A DNA stretch of 55,654 bases from Candidatus Hydrothermarchaeales archaeon. GTDB taxonomy: Archaea > Hydrothermarchaeota > Hydrothermarchaeia > Hydrothermarchaeales > SZUA-236. The notes beneath the pieces are model-generated. The model worked only from the letters and a program-made list of their open reading frames with translations, had not been told where the DNA came from and did not search any database. Shown in pieces: positions 37,935 through 47,013 of this stretch (the stretch's first letter is position 1; every line of letters starts with the position of its first letter). Made by a program: the position numbers and the translations under genes. The stretch spans positions 1-55,654 of the forward strand of contig JBHIFP010000001.1 of assembly GCA_046761145.1 (NCBI GenBank). The letters run 5' to 3'.

Positions 37935-38390
37935 ATGAAGTTCATCGCCGATACGATGCTCGGGAGACTGACGAGGTGGTTGAGGCTCAGCGGCTATGAT
38001 GTAATATATGTCAACGACATGGAAGATGGCAGAATACTGAGAATCGCTAGGGAGGAGGGGAGGATGATCCTTACAAGGGACAAGGGGCTATACGACAAGG
38101 CCTTGAGGGCTAATGCACCGGTGATCCTGCTCAAGAGCAATGATTTTGCCGAGAGGATCAGGCAACTTCAAAAAGAGGTGGGGGTCGTGATCCAAGACAC
38201 GCCAAGGTTTGCGAGGTGCCCCATCTGCAATGGCGAGGTGATCAAGGTAGACAAAGGTGAAGTCGAATTGAAGACCCCAAAAAAGGTCTTTGAGCGATTG
38301 GAGGAATTCTGGAAGTGTGAAAGCTGTGGAAAGGTTTACTGGCAAGGAGGGCACTGGAAGAATATCTCGGATTTTGTAGAGAACCTTTGA
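37935..38390 (+). CDS. Mut7-C (DUF82) PIN-like RNase domain protein with zinc ribbon
   Basis: FIADTMLGRLTRWLRLSGYDV signature. CPICN...CESCG ribbon. Confidence 0.8.
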   Translation: MKFIADTMLGRLTRWLRLSGYDVIYVNDMEDGRILRIAREEGRMILTRDKGLYDKALRANAPVILLKSNDFAERIRQLQKEVGVVIQDTPRFARCPICNGEVIKVDKGEVELKTPKKVFERLEEFWKCESCGKVYWQGGHWKNISDFVENL

Positions 38391-38488
38391 TGAGCCATAT
38401 ATTTAAGTGATGATGGGAAAATCTACTTTGGATTGGAGGTCTTGTAACGTACAAAATTCCCGAGGACGAGGAAGTAAGAAGATCGATT

Positions 38489-38827
38489 TTGAGGGTATTG
38501 AATAGACACAAAGAGGTCAATTCCCAAGGGGCATTTCTCGGGTTCATCCTAAAAGAGCTGAAAAAATTGGACGAAGATTACGTCGTCTCCAGCTATAGGG
38601 TCAAGAGGTTGGCCTCCAGGTTAGATGGGGTCGGGATATTCGTCGAAAAGAGGAGGTCCAATAGAGAAGCGAGAAGATGCTTCGTCTGCGGAGGGGAGCT
38701 AGACCCCATAAAGACGAGGGATCTTCGAGGGAGCTATACCCTCGTGGGCAAGAGATGTAGAGATTGTGGATTCGAACTGGATAGGAAAAAATTGGGTCCG
38801 AAGAAGTACATATTTTATATGCGTTGA
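38489..38827 (+). CDS. Hypothetical zinc-ribbon protein (start uncertain)
   Basis: CFVCGG...CRDCG ribbon. The only canonical start is a TTG, although the frame stays open and protein-like for 25 codons upstream. Confidence 0.45.
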   Translation: MRVLNRHKEVNSQGAFLGFILKELKKLDEDYVVSSYRVKRLASRLDGVGIFVEKRRSNREARRCFVCGGELDPIKTRDLRGSYTLVGKRCRDCGFELDRKKLGPKKYIFYMR

Positions 38828-38837
38828 AGGTAGCGTT

Positions 38838-39452
38838 ATGTACTCCATCGAGGAAGGCGAGTATCTGGTCAAATTGGCAAGAGAAACCATCGAGGGATAT
38901 TTGAGCGATGGAAAGGTCCTCGAGACCCCCGAAGATATGCCCGAGAAGTTGATGGAGAGGGCAGGGGTATTCGTCACACTGAAGAGCTATCCCGAAGACG
39001 ACTTGCGGGGTTGCATAGGCTATCCAGAGCCCATCATGCCCCTGGGTGAAGCTACGATAAAGGCGGCCATATCTTCTGCCACCAAAGACCCTCGGTTCAA
39101 GCCGGTTTCCTCTGCTGAGTTCGACCACATCACGGTCGAGATCAGTATCCTGACCCCTCCAGAGTTAATCGAGGTCGAGAAACCCACAGGGTATCTCACC
39201 GAGATCGAGATCGGGAGGGACGGGCTGATAGTAGAAAAGGGAATGTTCCGGGGATTACTCCTCCCACAAGTACCGGTTGAGCAGGGATGGAACAAAGAGG
39301 AGTTTTTGTCCGGAACCTGTATGAAGGCGGGGCTTATGCCGGATTCTTGGTACGACCTGGAGACGAGGGTATATAAGTTCTCAGGGAAGGTCTTTTCTGA
39401 AATAGAACCCAAAGGAGAGGTGATAGAGAGGAGTCTCAATGTTTGTGATTAA
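38838..39452 (+). CDS. AMMECR1-domain protein
   Basis: LRGCIGYPEP signature. Start at MYSIEEGEYLV; the ORF track starts at 38766. Confidence 0.85.
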   Translation: MYSIEEGEYLVKLARETIEGYLSDGKVLETPEDMPEKLMERAGVFVTLKSYPEDDLRGCIGYPEPIMPLGEATIKAAISSATKDPRFKPVSSAEFDHITVEISILTPPELIEVEKPTGYLTEIEIGRDGLIVEKGMFRGLLLPQVPVEQGWNKEEFLSGTCMKAGLMPDSWYDLETRVYKFSGKVFSEIEPKGEVIERSLNVCD

Positions 39453-39510
39453 CTCTCTCGAATTCGGCGTTTCTTGAGAATAGATATATAAAGCGTGAGG
39501 GAGAGGTTGG

Positions 39511-40587
39511 GTGATAATTATTGGATTGAAGATCTCCAAGAGAAAGGTCCTCTATATCGGTGGGGGGTTACTGGTAGCACTTCTATTAAAGAGATTCTAT
39601 TACCCAGTAAAGTATTTCTTATTCAGACCCGAGGCAGAGCCAGTTTTGGTTCGTCGCCCGCCTAAATTTTCCACAAAAGATAAGAAAAACTTGGTCGGAG
39701 TCGTGAAGGGGAGCAACATCCAAGAGATGGTCGAGGAGAGCCTAGAATTGATCGGTGGTATAGAACAGTTTGGAGTGAATGGGAAGGAAGTCCTCGTCAA
39801 GCCAAATGTAAACAGCGATGATCCCCACCCAGCAACCACCAATCCCGAGGTAATCAAGGCCGTTGTCAACTTACTTTACAAGTCCGGTGCAGAGAAAGTG
39901 AAAGTAGGGGATATGTCCAATCCTTCCTATATCCCGACCATCAAGACTATGGAGAAGCTCGGCATAAAAGAGGCAGCGGAAGAAGCTGGTGCCGAGGTGA
40001 TATCCTTTGACGACGACGAATGGCTAGCCGTCAGTCCAGATAGAGCAGATTATCTGCTCGAATTTTTGATCTCAAGGACGGTTTACGAAGCCGAAAAGAT
40101 AGTGAGCGTGCCGGTGATAAAGACCCACAGCATCGCTACTTATACCATGAGCCTAAAAAACTTCGTGGGGGTGATACACCCGAATAGCAGGGCGAGGCTG
40201 CATAGATCCGACGACATCGAAGAGATGATCGCCGAGATAAATCTGGCTGTTCATCCAGATTTTATAATTATGGACGGGACAAAGAGCATGATTGCGGGAG
40301 GGCCGATGAAGGGCTCGGTCAGAGATACGAACCTGATATTAGCTAGCGCAGACAGAGTAGCGATGGACCTCGTCGGCCTCGGCATTGTCAAGAGTTTCGG
40401 CGAATGGCCAAGGGTCTCCGATATAGGGGTGTGGGATCAAAGGCAGATAAGGAGGGCTGTTGAGTTGAATTTGGGGGCAACATCTAGCGATGATTTTGAG
40501 TTGGTATGGAAGACATTGAATCCAAGAGATAGCGATGACTTGGATCGATTGATGGAGACGGTATCCGATTATATTTACGAGGTATAG
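39511..40587 (+). CDS. DUF362-domain protein with N-terminal TM
   Basis: 358 aa. VLVKPNVNS...TTNPEV and IKTHSIATYTMSLKNFVG are typical of DUF362. Confidence 0.8.
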   Translation: MIIIGLKISKRKVLYIGGGLLVALLLKRFYYPVKYFLFRPEAEPVLVRRPPKFSTKDKKNLVGVVKGSNIQEMVEESLELIGGIEQFGVNGKEVLVKPNVNSDDPHPATTNPEVIKAVVNLLYKSGAEKVKVGDMSNPSYIPTIKTMEKLGIKEAAEEAGAEVISFDDDEWLAVSPDRADYLLEFLISRTVYEAEKIVSVPVIKTHSIATYTMSLKNFVGVIHPNSRARLHRSDDIEEMIAEINLAVHPDFIIMDGTKSMIAGGPMKGSVRDTNLILASADRVAMDLVGLGIVKSFGEWPRVSDIGVWDQRQIRRAVELNLGATSSDDFELVWKTLNPRDSDDLDRLMETVSDYIYEV

Positions 40588-40614
40588 CCCAAGAATTCTG
40601 GAGGTTGGAGATAT

Positions 40615-41031
40615 ATGATCGTCTTAGGCGAGGAGATATTGCAGCAATTAGAAGAGCACGCTAGAAGGGAAGAGCCAAAAGAGGCGTGCGGTATTTTGGT
40701 TGGGATTAAGGGCGAGGACAAAATAGTGAAGAAGGCTTACCAATGCAAAAATGTAGATGAGCACCCAGAAACGAATTATAGGATAGATGCCGGCGATCAG
40801 ATCCGAATCTTTGAAGAGATCGAGGAAGGCGAATTCGAGCTCATAGGCTTTTACCACTCCCACCCCATGGGTCTCCATGCCCCCTCTTCGATCGATACCG
40901 GTAGGGCGACATGGCCGGGCTATTCTTATGTCATCGTGTCTTTATCAGACGGAGTTACTTTCAGCTCTTGGGTGTGGAGCGAAGACGAAGGGAAGTTCAT
41001 AGAGGAATCGTTGAAGGAATCTACCGAATAA
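40615..41031 (+). CDS. JAMM/MPN+ metalloprotease (Mov34 family)
   Basis: 138 aa. EACG glutamate and the HSHPMGLHAPSSID JAMM motif. Confidence 0.85.
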   Translation: MIVLGEEILQQLEEHARREEPKEACGILVGIKGEDKIVKKAYQCKNVDEHPETNYRIDAGDQIRIFEEIEEGEFELIGFYHSHPMGLHAPSSIDTGRATWPGYSYVIVSLSDGVTFSSWVWSEDEGKFIEESLKESTE

Positions 41032-41130
41032 GTTAATTCTGAGGAGGGAAAAATACTTATCTCTACACAATGGATAAATGGACATGATACGTCGAGATTT
41101 CAGGGGACGAGCTGAAGAAGGTGGAACAAG

Positions 41131-42444
41131 ATGCAAAGAGGGTTACCAGTAGCTTTGACGATAGCAGGCTCCGATTCTGGCGGCGGTGCTGGAATCCAAG
41201 CAGACCTGAAGACCTTTGCGGCTCACGAGGTTCACGGTGTGTGTGTAATAACCTCTCTAACGGCTCAGAATACGTTGAGTGTCGAAGATGTTTTTGATAT
41301 CCCCCCCAAATTTATCGAGGCCCAGTTCAGAGCGATACACGACGATTTCGATGTCAAGGCAGCCAAAACTGGGATGCTCAGCAATGGAGAGATCATCAAG
41401 ACCGTTGCCGAAATGGTCGGGGATTACCCCTTGGTCGTCGACCCCGTCATGATAGCCGAATCTGGGGGAGAGCTCCTCCAGAAGGATGCCCTCGAAATCT
41501 TGAAAAAAGAACTCTTCCCAAAGGCCACGCTCTTGACCCCAAATATCCATGAAGCCGAGATCTTGAGCGGATTGAAAATTGAGGACGCGGGGGATATGAA
41601 AAAAGCTTGTGAGATCATTGCAGATTATGGCCCTAGCGTGATAGTGAAGGGGGGGCATCTCGACGCAACAGACATCCTGTATCACAAAGGAAAATTCTAT
41701 GAATTTAAGGCCGAGAAGATCGGGGAAGCCGTCCATGGTTCGGGCTGTACCTTTGCAGCGGCCATAGTTTCCAACATCGCGAAGGGCGGCGATCTCATCG
41801 TGGCCATAGAAGAGGCAAAGGGGTTCATAATCTCGGCTATTCGAAATGCGCATAGGCCCGGTACTGGGCTCAAAGTAGCGGATCAGTTTGCGGGGATAAT
41901 AGGGGGTTATGAAAGACATCGAGTCGTTGAGGAGTTGAGGAATGTTTTGGAGGAGATCAAAGAACTCGACCATTTTTCTGAGTTGATCCCCGAGGTTGGG
42001 GTCAATCTAGTCTATGCCCTATCAAACGCGAGCACTATAGAAGATGTCGCGGGGGTAAAGGGCAGGATAGTGAAGATCGGGGACAGAGTAAAGGTTGTCG
42101 GCGGCGTAGAGTTCGGCGCGTCGAGGCATATAGCAAGGGCCGTTTTGACGGCGATGGGCAGTGAACCCATGGTGAGATCCGGGATGAATATTCGGTATTC
42201 CAGAGAGCTGATAGATGCATGCAAAGGGCTCTTCTCCGTTTCGACGTTTTCTAGAGAGGACGAGCCCGAAGGCGTAGAGACTATGGAGTGGGGTACTGCG
42301 GAGGCCATAAATGTAGCGGGAAAAGTTCCGGATATCATATATGATTTGGGAGCTATAGGCAAAGAGCCGATGATCAGGGTTCTTGGAAGGGATCCGCAAG
42401 ATGTTCTCGGCAAATTAAAGAAACTTTTGCTCGCCTTGAAGTAA
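41131..42444 (+). CDS. thiDN: Bifunctional HMP/HMP-P kinase and ThiN-type thiamine-phosphate synthase (ThiDN)
   Basis: 437 aa. N-terminal ThiD ([21 protein letters not shown]) and a C-terminal ThiN domain. Confidence 0.9.
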   Translation: MQRGLPVALTIAGSDSGGGAGIQADLKTFAAHEVHGVCVITSLTAQNTLSVEDVFDIPPKFIEAQFRAIHDDFDVKAAKTGMLSNGEIIKTVAEMVGDYPLVVDPVMIAESGGELLQKDALEILKKELFPKATLLTPNIHEAEILSGLKIEDAGDMKKACEIIADYGPSVIVKGGHLDATDILYHKGKFYEFKAEKIGEAVHGSGCTFAAAIVSNIAKGGDLIVAIEEAKGFIISAIRNAHRPGTGLKVADQFAGIIGGYERHRVVEELRNVLEEIKELDHFSELIPEVGVNLVYALSNASTIEDVAGVKGRIVKIGDRVKVVGGVEFGASRHIARAVLTAMGSEPMVRSGMNIRYSRELIDACKGLFSVSTFSREDEPEGVETMEWGTAEAINVAGKVPDIIYDLGAIGKEPMIRVLGRDPQDVLGKLKKLLLALK

Positions 42445-42576
42445 TTTTTGGGAAATTTCTCATAAAAAGACACAGCGTAACACATTTAATACATAGGTGT
42501 AAACTGAGAATCCAAATATGGGGAGGGGCTATATCAAATATCGCATTGGAGACAGCCCCACCAACACCTCCATCCA

Positions 42577-42630
42577 GGGTCTGAGGGCGTTGTGGATGCC
42601 GAGTCATTTTCTTCCGGCACCCTCAGGCCC
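42577..42630. repeat. Nested inverted repeat (16 bp total) in the thiDN-sppA intergenic region
   Basis: GGGTCTGAGGG (42577-42587) pairs with CCCTCAGGCCC (42620-42630) using one G-U pair. Inner TGCCG (42597-42601) pairs with CGGCA (42615-42619). 13-nt loop and a 9-nt 5' bulge. Confidence 0.5.
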
Positions 42631-42807
42631 ATGTTCTCCCATAAGGCGTGACTTAACGAGGCGAGAGAATTGGATAGGCCCTATGAATTCGAGGAGATAG
42701 GAAGATTAGAGAAGAGATTTGCCCAAGTCGATTCAACCATCTTCAGGATTTTGAGCCGAAAGGTTAGGAAACCCAGGAGGATGAACCATAACAATTAGGT
42801 GGTCAGG

Positions 42808-42954
42808 ATGAAGATCAGATTCAATATTAAGGACCTCATAGACATATTGGTCTTCGGCGAATATGGCGAAAATATGGAGAGATACAATATCGGCCACAAC
42901 GAGTTAAAACAGATAAAACGAGCCCTCAGGAGGGGCACGTGGAAGGTAGTGTAG
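42808..42954 (+). CDS. Small ORF (48 aa), hypothetical
   Basis: Hand-translated MKIRFNIKDLIDILVFGEYGENMERYNIGHNELKQIKRALRRGTWKVV. ATG 5 nt after AGGTGGT. Confidence 0.3.
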   Translation: MKIRFNIKDLIDILVFGEYGENMERYNIGHNELKQIKRALRRGTWKVV

Positions 42955-43008
42955 TAGTATATATAAAGGCGGTTTACATAGATAATTTTTTAGTGGACAC
43001 TCCACAAA

Positions 43009-43914
43009 CTAGAGGTTATTCGCTATTTTTGTGCTCTCTAATAACCCCCTTGCGAAACCGTAGCCAAATTTTGCAGACGCCCTTCCAACGAAATCTTCGA
43101 GGAAAGTAACTCGCTTGTATTCGACAATGGCTGGTTTGCCTTCTATGCCCCCCATGTGACCCGCCACCTTTATCGCATCTTCTTTTGTTCCGACCTCATC
43201 GGCCAATTTTAGATCAACAGCCTTTCTGCCGGTATAGAGCTTGCCTTCGGCGATTCCCTTAACATACCCAACGCTAAGATTCCGATTTTTGGCTACTACC
43301 GATATAAAGTCTTCGTAGATCTCATCGTTCCATTCTTGGATCATTGACCTCTCTTCTTCCGTCATATTCCGATAAGGAGATCCTATATCTTTGTACTCGC
43401 CGGATTTGATAACCCTCATTTCGATTCCGAGTTTATCCAAAAATCTGGAGTACTGGGGGAGTACGGACAAGACGCCTATGCTACCGGTAATGGTGCCCTT
43501 ATCCGCAACGATGTAATCACAAGCTGAGGCGACGTAGTATCCTCCAGAAGTAGCGACTTCGCCGAGCCAAGCGACTGTGGGTTTCTCCGTATCCTTTATC
43601 GCCTTTGCGATGGCCTCCGAGGCCACTATGGTACCGCCGGGGCTGTTTATCTCGAAGATAATGGCCTTGACCGAATTGTCGTTCTCGGCCTTGGTTATCT
43701 GTTTTACGATCCTCTCGGGGGTCGCACCTGCCTCGGCGAGAAAGCCGGTATGATCGGACATTGTAATGGTGCCTTCCACCTTTATCAGGGCAACCCTGTC
43801 TCCAAATTTAAGACCTCCATCCATGGGACGCGTTATGATATATGCCCCCAACATCGAAATACCGATGAGGACAAATATCATCACCGCCAAGATCGCGATA
43901 GTAGTCTTTTTCAA
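43009..43914 (-). CDS. sppA: Signal peptide peptidase SppA (S49, 36K type)
   Basis: GGYYVASACDYIVA and GSIGV Ser motif. Start proposed at the TTG (KKTTIAILAV) 6 nt after GGAGGT; the ORF extends to 43974, which would collide with the S17e start region. Confidence 0.85.
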   Translation of the reverse strand: MKKTTIAILAVMIFVLIGISMLGAYIITRPMDGGLKFGDRVALIKVEGTITMSDHTGFLAEAGATPERIVKQITKAENDNSVKAIIFEINSPGGTIVASEAIAKAIKDTEKPTVAWLGEVATSGGYYVASACDYIVADKGTITGSIGVLSVLPQYSRFLDKLGIEMRVIKSGEYKDIGSPYRNMTEEERSMIQEWNDEIYEDFISVVAKNRNLSVGYVKGIAEGKLYTGRKAVDLKLADEVGTKEDAIKVAGHMGGIEGKPAIVEYKRVTFLEDFVGRASAKFGYGFARGLLESTKIANNL

Positions 43915-43978
43915 AGAGATACCTCCACGGGAAAATATAAGTATATTAACGTGTATTAAAGGTTTCGGAGGCAATGTG

Positions 43979-44164
43979 ATGGGAAGAGTTAGACCCCAGA
44001 TAGTGAAGAGAACCGCCCTTGAGGCGGTGAAAACTCACGGAGATAGATTCACGACGGACTTTAAAGAGAATAAGAGAATATTGAGCGAAGCCCTCGATCT
44101 CGAAAGTAAGGTTATGAAGAACAGAATCGCTGGATATATAACAAGTTTAAGGAAGAAGGGGTGA
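43979..44164 (+). CDS. rps17e: 30S ribosomal protein S17e
   Basis: 61 aa. MGRVRPQIVKRTALEAV... is a typical S17e N-terminus. GGAGG upstream. Embedded in the longer track ORF 43766..44164. Confidence 0.9.
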   Translation: MGRVRPQIVKRTALEAVKTHGDRFTTDFKENKRILSEALDLESKVMKNRIAGYITSLRKKG

Positions 44165-44166
44165 GA

Positions 44167-45042
44167 ATGGAATTTAGGGGCAACATACCTGCGTTGGTAA
44201 CCCCATTTGATGAAGACGACAAGGTAAGTAGAGCGGGTTTCGAAGAGAATATCGAGTTCCTGATAGACCATATAGATGGAGTACTGCCTTGTGGAACAAC
44301 CGGAGAGTCGCCTACCCTTTCATACGAGGAACATAAGCACGTAATCGAGATGGTCATCGATATAGTCAACGGAAGAGTACCTGTTTTGGCTGGTACCGGT
44401 TCTAACTCTACAAGAGAGGCCATAGAACTCACAAAGCACGCCGAAGACGTTGGCGCAGACGCCGCTCTGCTCATCGCTCCATACTATAATAAACCAACTC
44501 AGAGGGGCATATACCAACACTATAAGAGCATTGCGGCTGAGGTCGACCTGCCCTTGATCATATACAATATCCCAAGCAGAACGGGCATAAATATCGAACC
44601 AGATACCTTGAAAGAGTTGGCCGAGATAGATAATATAGTGGGGGTAAAGGAGGCGAGCGGTAATTTAGGACAGATGATCAAGATCCTTGCATTATGCGAT
44701 CTCACGTTGCTCTCAGGCGATGACAATTTAACCTTGCCCGTTTTGGCCATCGGTGGGAAAGGGGTCATCTCCGTTGCGTCGAACATAATCCCGAAGGAGA
44801 TATCCGAGATGATTGGGGCGTTTGAAAGGGGGGATTTGCAAAAGGCGAGGGAGATAAATTATCGTTACTCCAAGCTGTTCAGTTCCCTCTTTCTGGAGAC
44901 CAATCCAGGACCGATAAAAGAGGCGATGAATATGATGGGACTGGCCGCTGGACATGTGAGGCCTCCGTTGGTCAAGTTGGAAGGGAAGAATAGGGAAAAG
45001 TTGAGGCAGGTTTTGGTCGATTTAGATTTGATCGGTGAGTGA
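44167..45042 (+). CDS. dapA: 4-hydroxy-tetrahydrodipicolinate synthase
   Basis: ALVTPF, GTTGES motifs and an active-site Lys region. The alternative GTG start at 44161 overlaps the S17e stop. Confidence 0.9.
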   Translation: MEFRGNIPALVTPFDEDDKVSRAGFEENIEFLIDHIDGVLPCGTTGESPTLSYEEHKHVIEMVIDIVNGRVPVLAGTGSNSTREAIELTKHAEDVGADAALLIAPYYNKPTQRGIYQHYKSIAAEVDLPLIIYNIPSRTGINIEPDTLKELAEIDNIVGVKEASGNLGQMIKILALCDLTLLSGDDNLTLPVLAIGGKGVISVASNIIPKEISEMIGAFERGDLQKAREINYRYSKLFSSLFLETNPGPIKEAMNMMGLAAGHVRPPLVKLEGKNREKLRQVLVDLDLIGE

Positions 45043-45868
45043 GGTGAAGGTAGGAGTTGCTGGCGCCTGTGGAAGGATGGGTAGCGGCATCGTTAGGAAG
45101 GTACACGAGCAGAAAGACATGGAGATAGTGTGCGCAATAGAGGCATCCAATAATCAAAAGATCGGCGAAGATATTGGGGAGGTTTTGGGCATAGGAAAGA
45201 TCGGCGTTGATATAACTTCGAGCGAGGCTTTAAGCGAAACCTTAAGGAAAGCAAAACCGGATGTTTTGGTCGACTTTACGATTGCTCATGCCGCTGTCGA
45301 AACGGTCAAAACCGCAGCAGAAAATGGCGTCGACCTCGTCGTAGGGACGACGGGCTTTACGGATGAGCAGATGGAGGAGATATCAAGGGCCATAAAAAAG
45401 AATGGGGTCTCTGCTGTTATATCCCCGAATATGGCGACGGGCGTCAATGTCTTCTTCAAGGTCGTAAAGGAAATTGCGGGGGTTTTGAGGGATTATGATA
45501 TCGAAGTCATTGAGGCCCATCATAGGCATAAAAAGGACGCGCCATCGGGGACTGCCATGAGAGCCGGGAAACTCATCGTCGAAGCTTTGGATAGAGATCT
45601 GGAAAGGGCAGGGATCTTTGGGAGGGGAAGAGGAGCGATTGGAGAAAGGAGTAGAGATGAGATCGGGTTCCACGCAATAAGGGCAGGGGACATCGTTGGT
45701 GAGCATACGGTCCTTTTTGCTGGGAATGGAGAGAGGCTGGAGATAACCCACAGGGCCCATAGCAGAGACGCCTTCGTTAACGGCGCTATTAAGGCCATGA
45801 GATTTGTCAATCGAAATAAAGCTAAAGGTAGGATATACTCTACTTGGGACGTTTTGGATATAAAGTAA
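45035..45868 (+). CDS. dapB: 4-hydroxy-tetrahydrodipicolinate reductase
   Basis: GACGRMG NAD motif and EAHHRHKKDAPSGTA. Alternative GTG start at 45044. Confidence 0.9.
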   Translation: MSEVKVGVAGACGRMGSGIVRKVHEQKDMEIVCAIEASNNQKIGEDIGEVLGIGKIGVDITSSEALSETLRKAKPDVLVDFTIAHAAVETVKTAAENGVDLVVGTTGFTDEQMEEISRAIKKNGVSAVISPNMATGVNVFFKVVKEIAGVLRDYDIEVIEAHHRHKKDAPSGTAMRAGKLIVEALDRDLERAGIFGRGRGAIGERSRDEIGFHAIRAGDIVGEHTVLFAGNGERLEITHRAHSRDAFVNGAIKAMRFVNRNKAKGRIYSTWDVLDIK

Positions 45869-45891
45869 GGCAATAACAAGAAAATGTCTTA

Positions 45892-46269
45892 TTACATCCT
45901 CCTTATGATGTCCTCATACTCTGCCCTTTTTTCATCTAATCTTTGCTGGATTTCTTGTTGTAAAATATCTAGCTCTCTTGTGCTCATTTCCAGTATTCTG
46001 GTGATCTCCTCACTCAATGTTTTGCTCGGAGTGAAGTCCCCTTTAACGAGACCCCTAAATTCTCTTCTCTTAACCTCAATCCTTTGTCGGACCTCCTGTT
46101 GTAATACATCCAATGCGTCGCTATCGAGATCTTGGACATCCTCCACCCATAATTCCGTTGTGTCTCGTAGCATACTCGACTCAGCCTCTTCAAAAATATG
46201 TGTTGACGATAAATCACCCTCGGATAACCCCTTCATATCTATCTTTTCAAATTCATTTTCCAAAGCCAT
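45892..46269 (-). CDS. Small acidic coiled-coil protein with internal duplication
   Basis: 125 aa. GGAGG 8 nt upstream of the ATG. Two related segments: LDSDALDVLQQEVRQRIEVKRREF and STRELDILQQEIQQRLDEKRAEY. Confidence 0.55.
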   Translation of the reverse strand: MALENEFEKIDMKGLSEGDLSSTHIFEEAESSMLRDTTELWVEDVQDLDSDALDVLQQEVRQRIEVKRREFRGLVKGDFTPSKTLSEEITRILEMSTRELDILQQEIQQRLDEKRAEYEDIIRRM

Positions 46270-46572
46270 CTATTCATCCTCCTTTATTCGTATATCATCG
46301 TAAAGCGGTTTCGTGCCCTTTTGAGCGCAACTCTATCCTTTCCTTCATACTCTTGTGGCCTTTTCATCGATGTAGTGGTTGTGAACTATTCTCGTCGTCG
46401 TAATTCCCTCCCCAAAAACCTTTCGATTCGACCAGTATCTCCGAATGGAGCGTTCAAAACATCGTCAGAAAAGCCCAACCCAGAGCTCCACGGGAGAGAC
46501 CACGCCAGCACAGATTTTCTCTCCATCGCCGCCTCTTTACATCTCTCCCCCGATATCGAGAATCGAAGATGC

Positions 46573-46764
46573 CTATCGTACTGCCATTGCGTTCTTCAGC
46601 ACCCTCTCCTCAACATCCTCGAGCCTGAGCTTCCGCAACCCCGTTACCTCCCTCACTGCCCTGACCACCAGCTCTATGATAAGTTCGATGAAGTGCACCA
46701 TGACGAAGGCGGCGAAGCTTATGCCTATATAAACTTTGTTATTGAGCGACATTTTTAAATACAA
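46573..46764 (-). CDS. Small ORF with one TM; possibly the 5' part of a frameshifted gene
   Basis: 63 aa with hydrophobic VYIGISFAAFVMVHFIELIIELVV. An adjacent reading frame continues open downstream to 46386. Confidence 0.3.
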   Translation of the reverse strand: MYLKMSLNNKVYIGISFAAFVMVHFIELIIELVVRAVREVTGLRKLRLEDVEERVLKNAMAVR

Positions 46765-46815
46765 TTAAAGCAATGTTATTTACAACATTGTTGAATGATG
46801 TCTTGGGGGAAGAAC

Positions 46816-47007
46816 ATGGAACTCAAAGAAAAGATCGCAGATATATTAGAAAATCATCCAGAAGGCTTGACAATAACAAACCTCACCAAATTGACCGGCG
46901 TCTCGAGGTACAGAGTCTCCTTGGCGTTGGCAGAGTTAAATGGCGCTGGTCGGATAAAAGTCAGGAGGGTAGGGATGGCAAAATTGCACTATTTTAAAAA
47001 GAGGTGA
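46816..47007 (+). CDS. Small winged-HTH DNA-binding protein
   Basis: 63 aa from MELKEKIADIL. LTITNLTKLTGVSRYRVSLALAELNGAGRIKVRRVG is a wHTH pattern. Ends 6 nt before the MCP start. Confidence 0.7.
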   Translation: MELKEKIADILENHPEGLTITNLTKLTGVSRYRVSLALAELNGAGRIKVRRVGMAKLHYFKKR

Positions 47008-47013
47008 TCTAAG

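Noticed and set aside
38407-38413. GTGATGA C-box-like motif in the gap after the Mut7-C gene (possible C/D-box sRNA)
   Set aside because: There is no CTGA D or D' box within the following 70 nt on that strand. The TGATGA at 14427 and the ATGATGA at 53402 fail for the same reason.
42504-42509. CTGAGA motif just downstream of thiDN, as in the TPP riboswitch core
   Set aside because: The rest of the THI-element consensus (ACCC, CCUGAUC..GGAUAAUGCC..GCG) is absent on both strands. The site is also downstream, not upstream, of the thiamine gene.
42518-42700. 60-aa plus-strand ORF in the thiDN-sppA gap
   Set aside because: Its composition is rich in Pro, Arg and Ser and it has no SD motif. It spans the strong helices, which are better explained as RNA or DNA structure.
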